A program made the position numbers and the translations under genes. The notes under the pieces were generated by a model, which saw nothing but the letters and a program-made list of their open reading frames with translations, was not told where the DNA came from and did no database searches. A stretch of DNA of 53,656 nt, taken from Pelomyxa schiedti (Eukaryota > Protista > Evosea). Where the stretch lies: NCBI GenBank assembly GCA_020536535.1, contig JAHLWZ010000900.1, forward strand, positions 1 through 53,656. Reading direction: 5' to 3'. Position 1 is the stretch's first letter. Every line of letters starts with the position of its first letter. This document shows positions 49,401 to 53,656 of this stretch, piece by piece.

Positions 49401-52192
49401 ATCCGAAACAAAGAGACTGATCTCCCAGCGTCTCGGGGAATATAAAGCAAAACTTGTTGGTCTTTTCAAAGCACTTGGCGCAGCTGACAAGTTCTTCATG
49501 GAACATGTGACTTGCAGCATTGATCAAGGATGGATTGATACCAAACCACTCCAACCAACAGGGTTTGGAACGTGGCTGAAAACACTCATTTCACTCGTTC
49601 CCGTTCAAATCGCTCGTGTTGACAACAACTGTTTGGTGTTGTGCAACAACAATTTATCTTCACAGGGAAATGATCCGATTCAATTCGCACAAACCCAACA
49701 CAGTGTTGCAGAGGGAATTTCGTTTGGACTCCTCGACGCTATTTTCTCATCATGTTTGAGCAAACCAGTTCTTGTTGTCACATCGATGGGAAAACAGAGC
49801 ACAGGGAAGAGTTACACTCTCAACCACCTCTTGGGTGTTCTCTTTGACATCTCTGGTGGGAGGTGCACTGATGGTTGTTGGATGAGCGTTCGTGAGAGGT
49901 CTGACTGCCTGATTGTGGCTTTGGATTTTGAAGGACTTTGTTCTCTGGAGCGCTCTGAACAGGAGGACATTCTACTTTCTATTTTAAATGCCTCCGTTTC
50001 AAATTTAACACTTTTCAAGACTGAATTTACAATTGCTCAGGCAACAGAAAAAACGTTCAGGAACTTCCAAGAGGGTGTTGGAATGTTGAAAGGGGATGAC
50101 AAACTCTTCAAGGGTTGTTTCACTCTCATGGTGAAAGATGTTCCTGAAAGGATGTTGAAAGTTTATGTTCGGAATTCCAGAAACGGTTTAACAGAATTGT
50201 GGAAACAGACCAGGGAGAAGACTTCCTTTCTCAAATGTTTCCAGGAATGTTCACGATGATTATGTGTTCCCCACTTGGAACTCCTGGCTACAATGATAGC
50301 TTGAAGAGCTGTGCCGAAATACTGCAACAGCAGACACCACAGTTCCATAGTGGAGGAGAGTTCTCCTTGATGCTCAAGCTGATTCTCGCGAAGTTGCACT
50401 TGAAGGATTGGTCTTCCCTCCAGGGACAATATATGGTGATTGTTATTCGAAAGCTCCAGGAACAGCTCCCTCTGGCCGTAAATTATGGTGCTAAGTCCAC
50501 AGTTGAAGTACACCATGACCAAATTGAAACTTGGTCAACTGGGGAAGTTTTTCCACATACCGAATCAGTCACAGTCTCTGGCCTCAACATTCCCATTTCG
50601 AAGTTCAATCTGCAGGCAGATTGTGAGTCAGAACACATCAGGGTACGAGACGAGTTAAAGTCTTGTTTTGAGAAATACCTTCCAATGCCTCAGTCCAATT
50701 TTGGTTCATGGCACAGTCAATTCCGGGAATTTGTCACCCTAGTCATTGAGAGCCGGAAGAGGCATGTGATGGCTTGGGTCAGTTCAAACATGAAACCTGA
50801 ATGGAACCAATTCCCTGAAGCGCAAAACCTCCTTACGCAAGCGAATACTGCAATTCAACAGCTGGAAACACTCAAACTTTGCACAGACACTTGCACTGAG
50901 TGCCCCTTGTCGTGCTCACTTTTGCGTATACATTCAGGAAAACACTGCTGCTGGGGCTGCAGTATTCGGACTCTCACAGGTTTCAGACAGCCAACCTTTC
51001 ACATTCAAGTGGCTGAGGTGGAAAGACTGCTCGATTGGGTAAGGCTTCAGCACGTGGAATACGGCACCCACTTTACAATCAGCCGAGAGAAAGACACAGT
51101 TGAGGGGCCAGCTGATCCCCCTCTTGCAAGATTCATTGCGACAGAGATTTTCAGTGCGTTATTGAACAACGTGGCATTTTTTTACGTTCACCTCACAGTG
51201 AAAAGGTGTAAGAACCCTCCCTGCCCTAGGGTACCAATGCAGAGCCCTGGTAATCGGGAGTAATCTACAAAACAGCAGACACAGTGACCCGGCAGTCATT
51301 GCCGATGTTTGTATACTCCTTCTTCCTGGTTTTTTACTTATTGACAACAGTTTCTGCAAAACACTTGCCACATCACAGTGATGGAGGCACAAAAGTCGGC
51401 CATATGGAAAGGTACCCTGGAGCGATTCCTTGCCCCAATTGGTAATCCGGACTCTTCAAAGGTGTGAAAAATAACGCTCATCACCGAAACAACGCACTTG
51501 TGTTTGACGCGTTGGTTCCAGGTTGCAAGTATATTTTACTTTGCAGGAACCGCAAAGCAAGTTGGCTCACGCCAGCACCTGCTATTGGCTGATGGAAGTG
51601 CCAGTGTTTCATCATCCACAACGGACCTCATAATGCCACTCAACGACATCGTGTTCTGCATTGCCGCACAATCTCATTTGGTCATTGCGATAATTGACAC
51701 ATTCCAACCAGAAAATACCGTTGGAGGGCAGTTGGTGACTACCAATATATATATAATATCTACATAGCTTCAACTTACACCTTCAAATCATAGATAACGC
51801 ATTCTGGAGCATTTAGTTACCGCCCAGGCACCGAACAACTGGCACAAGACCGGCTCCCAACAGGCTGTTACTTGGTTTTGTCTGTGAATCCAGGTTTGTT
51901 GTTTCTCCCTTACTCGTCCCGATCTTACAAATGATTTAGGATGTGAAGCGTCCACGAAACGAATTTTCACAAGCAGTTTCCGAGAAGGTACTTTTCTTCA
52001 CTCAAAAACCAACAAAAAACAAATAGAAGAAACAAAACAACTCCACACTATATAGTGCTTTTGGGTGCGGCGCCAGGGACACCTTTTGACAACATTGTGG
52101 AATGTGCAGTGACTCAAGTGCAGATCCTCACGTGTGGGCACCAGTGTCCGTTTATCACTGACACCATCAGTCAAAGATTTGCTCTTTTCTGA
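46454..52192 (+). pseudogene. VLIG/GBP-like GTPase paralog 5 (pseudo-caspase type), disrupted
   Basis: Exon 1 MQTVREALSRAKIDVKPLDDL; deletion/frameshift ~47320, TGA at 48744-48746, frameshifts ~49160 and ~50150. GTPase motifs intact; only the first Cys cluster is kept; spliced caspase-fold exons end QRFALF* at 52192. Confidence 0.82.
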
Positions 52193-53656
52193 TTGAAACA
52201 ACCTTCCCTTGGTTTGGTGCACCGTCATTTCAAAGCTCAAGGCGTGAGTACTTCACGTGACCCCAAATATTCCAGTGCGTTCAAGAACATGAGACATAAC
52301 TCAATTCGGCTCGATTCCTGACATTTTTTCCTTTTTAAGCGATTTTGCAGTACAATTATTTTTTCTCCCGATATTGGGCCTTAATAGCGCTGAAAGGAAG
52401 CTTCTCCCTCAGGAGGAAATCCTGGGGAGCATGCCACACATAGCAGACAATCGAACCCGAAAGAGAAGTTCGTCTGTGTTCGGGAAAGGGTTCCCCAGAG
52501 AAAAAAGATCACATTCCAGGAACCAGATTGTGAAGTATTCGTTGTTTTTTGAACGGACTTCCAAAAGTTTTTTCTCCCCAACAGAACCGATCCCTGTCTC
52601 TGCAGTAAAAAAACTAAAAGAGCTACCGCTGAACCACAAATTCCTTCACGATTTATCGCGGGAATCTGTCAAGGTAACCAGACACCTGCAAACGGAAAGA
52701 ATCACCCTAACACCCACAGCAAAAATAAATTCGGTTGGTAAGAAATCGAACCTCGATTGTTTGGGTGGGAGAAAAAATAATTACCGCTTCCCCACTGAAT
52801 TTTGCTTTTACAAGTCCCCCACCGTACAACAGTATCAATCCCCAATCGGGGAAATGTAGGCATGTGGCTTACGGGTTTCACAGGGGAGTGTGTGCTGGGC
52901 AAGATGCACTGTCGATTTTTGTTGGCACACTCCTAAAACCGACGGTATAAAGGGTCCAATCTCCCCAATTCGAAGAGGGAAAAAATTCTTGGAATGTTTC
53001 TAATTTTAGTTTTTGTCAAACGCGAGTAACCGAATTGAGTTTTGTCTCATGACTCAATAATTTGATTTTGTGGAAAAAAGAGGAAGGGCTCAGACATACG
53101 CCAATTTGGCGCAAATCTGATAAAACAATTTTTTCCCCCGAAACTTGTGTGAAAAACGGTAGAGCTGGGAAGCCTCTGTTTGGACCAAAAGCATGCCCAA
53201 CGTGTTGTCGAAGGACAGTACTATCGGTTGTACTGTCTGAATCCAGTCTCTTCTTCCATCCGGCTGAACGAAAAAAAAATCGGTTGTGCTGGTTCCGAAC
53301 CCAGGTCTTTTCAGTCTAAAAAACGAATTTAAAGCACCTGGGCAGGTGGTATGTTGGAGGTGCCGTTGGCTGTGTGCGGCGAGTCGGTGCAACAACAACA
53401 AATGGGATATATGAAGAGAAAGGTTAAAGTCTTTAAACAGTTTTTAATATTGATGCTATGAAGACAATAAATACATTTTAGACCCTGAGCTTATTGATGA
53501 CCCTTCAGCTAATGCAATTACTATTAACAATTGTTGAAGCCAATGACGCTACTGCAGGTAACTTTTAACATATTTTATGTCCGGCCCCCCCCCCCCCCAT
53601 ATATACCCACCCCAGGACTCAGCCCCGGGTCCCCTGCTTGTCCCCTCACCCTCCCA

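Noticed and set aside
52374-53401. ORFs 52374..52859 and neighbours as genes
   Set aside because: No recognisable motifs and mostly non-ATG starts; cannot be supported.
1-53656. Prokaryotic operon/defence island, tRNA or rRNA genes
   Set aside because: Spliceosomal introns and eukaryote-type genes occur throughout; no tRNA or rRNA was recognised by eye (tRNAscan/Infernal not run).

Overview
Gene-dense eukaryotic DNA with many short (~40-200 nt) spliceosomal introns, probably from a protist (inference). Ordinary intron-containing housekeeping genes are present: exosome RRP42, an inositol 2-dehydrogenase-like oxidoreductase, PheRS beta, a CTD small phosphatase and a TEX2/Nvj2-like TM-PH-SMP protein. 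The window is dominated by five same-strand paralogs (plus an exon-1 relic) of a giant, up to ~2200 aa protein: SAM-like N-terminus / beta-rich middle / VLIG(GVIN)-type GBP-superfamily GTPase / helical region / Cys-His-rich region / C-terminal module. The C-terminal module differs between paralogs. Copies 1, 3 and 4 end in a VWA domain. Copies 2 and 5 end in a multi-exon caspase-fold (peptidase C14-like) domain that the ORF track splits into fragments; both catalytic-dyad positions are substituted, so it is a predicted pseudo-caspase. The array shows mosaic identity (gene conversion), in-frame deletions, pseudogenisation, a decayed LINE and a MITE, the pattern expected of a fast-evolving immunity/conflict locus. 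All domain calls come from motif recognition by eye; no database searches were run.
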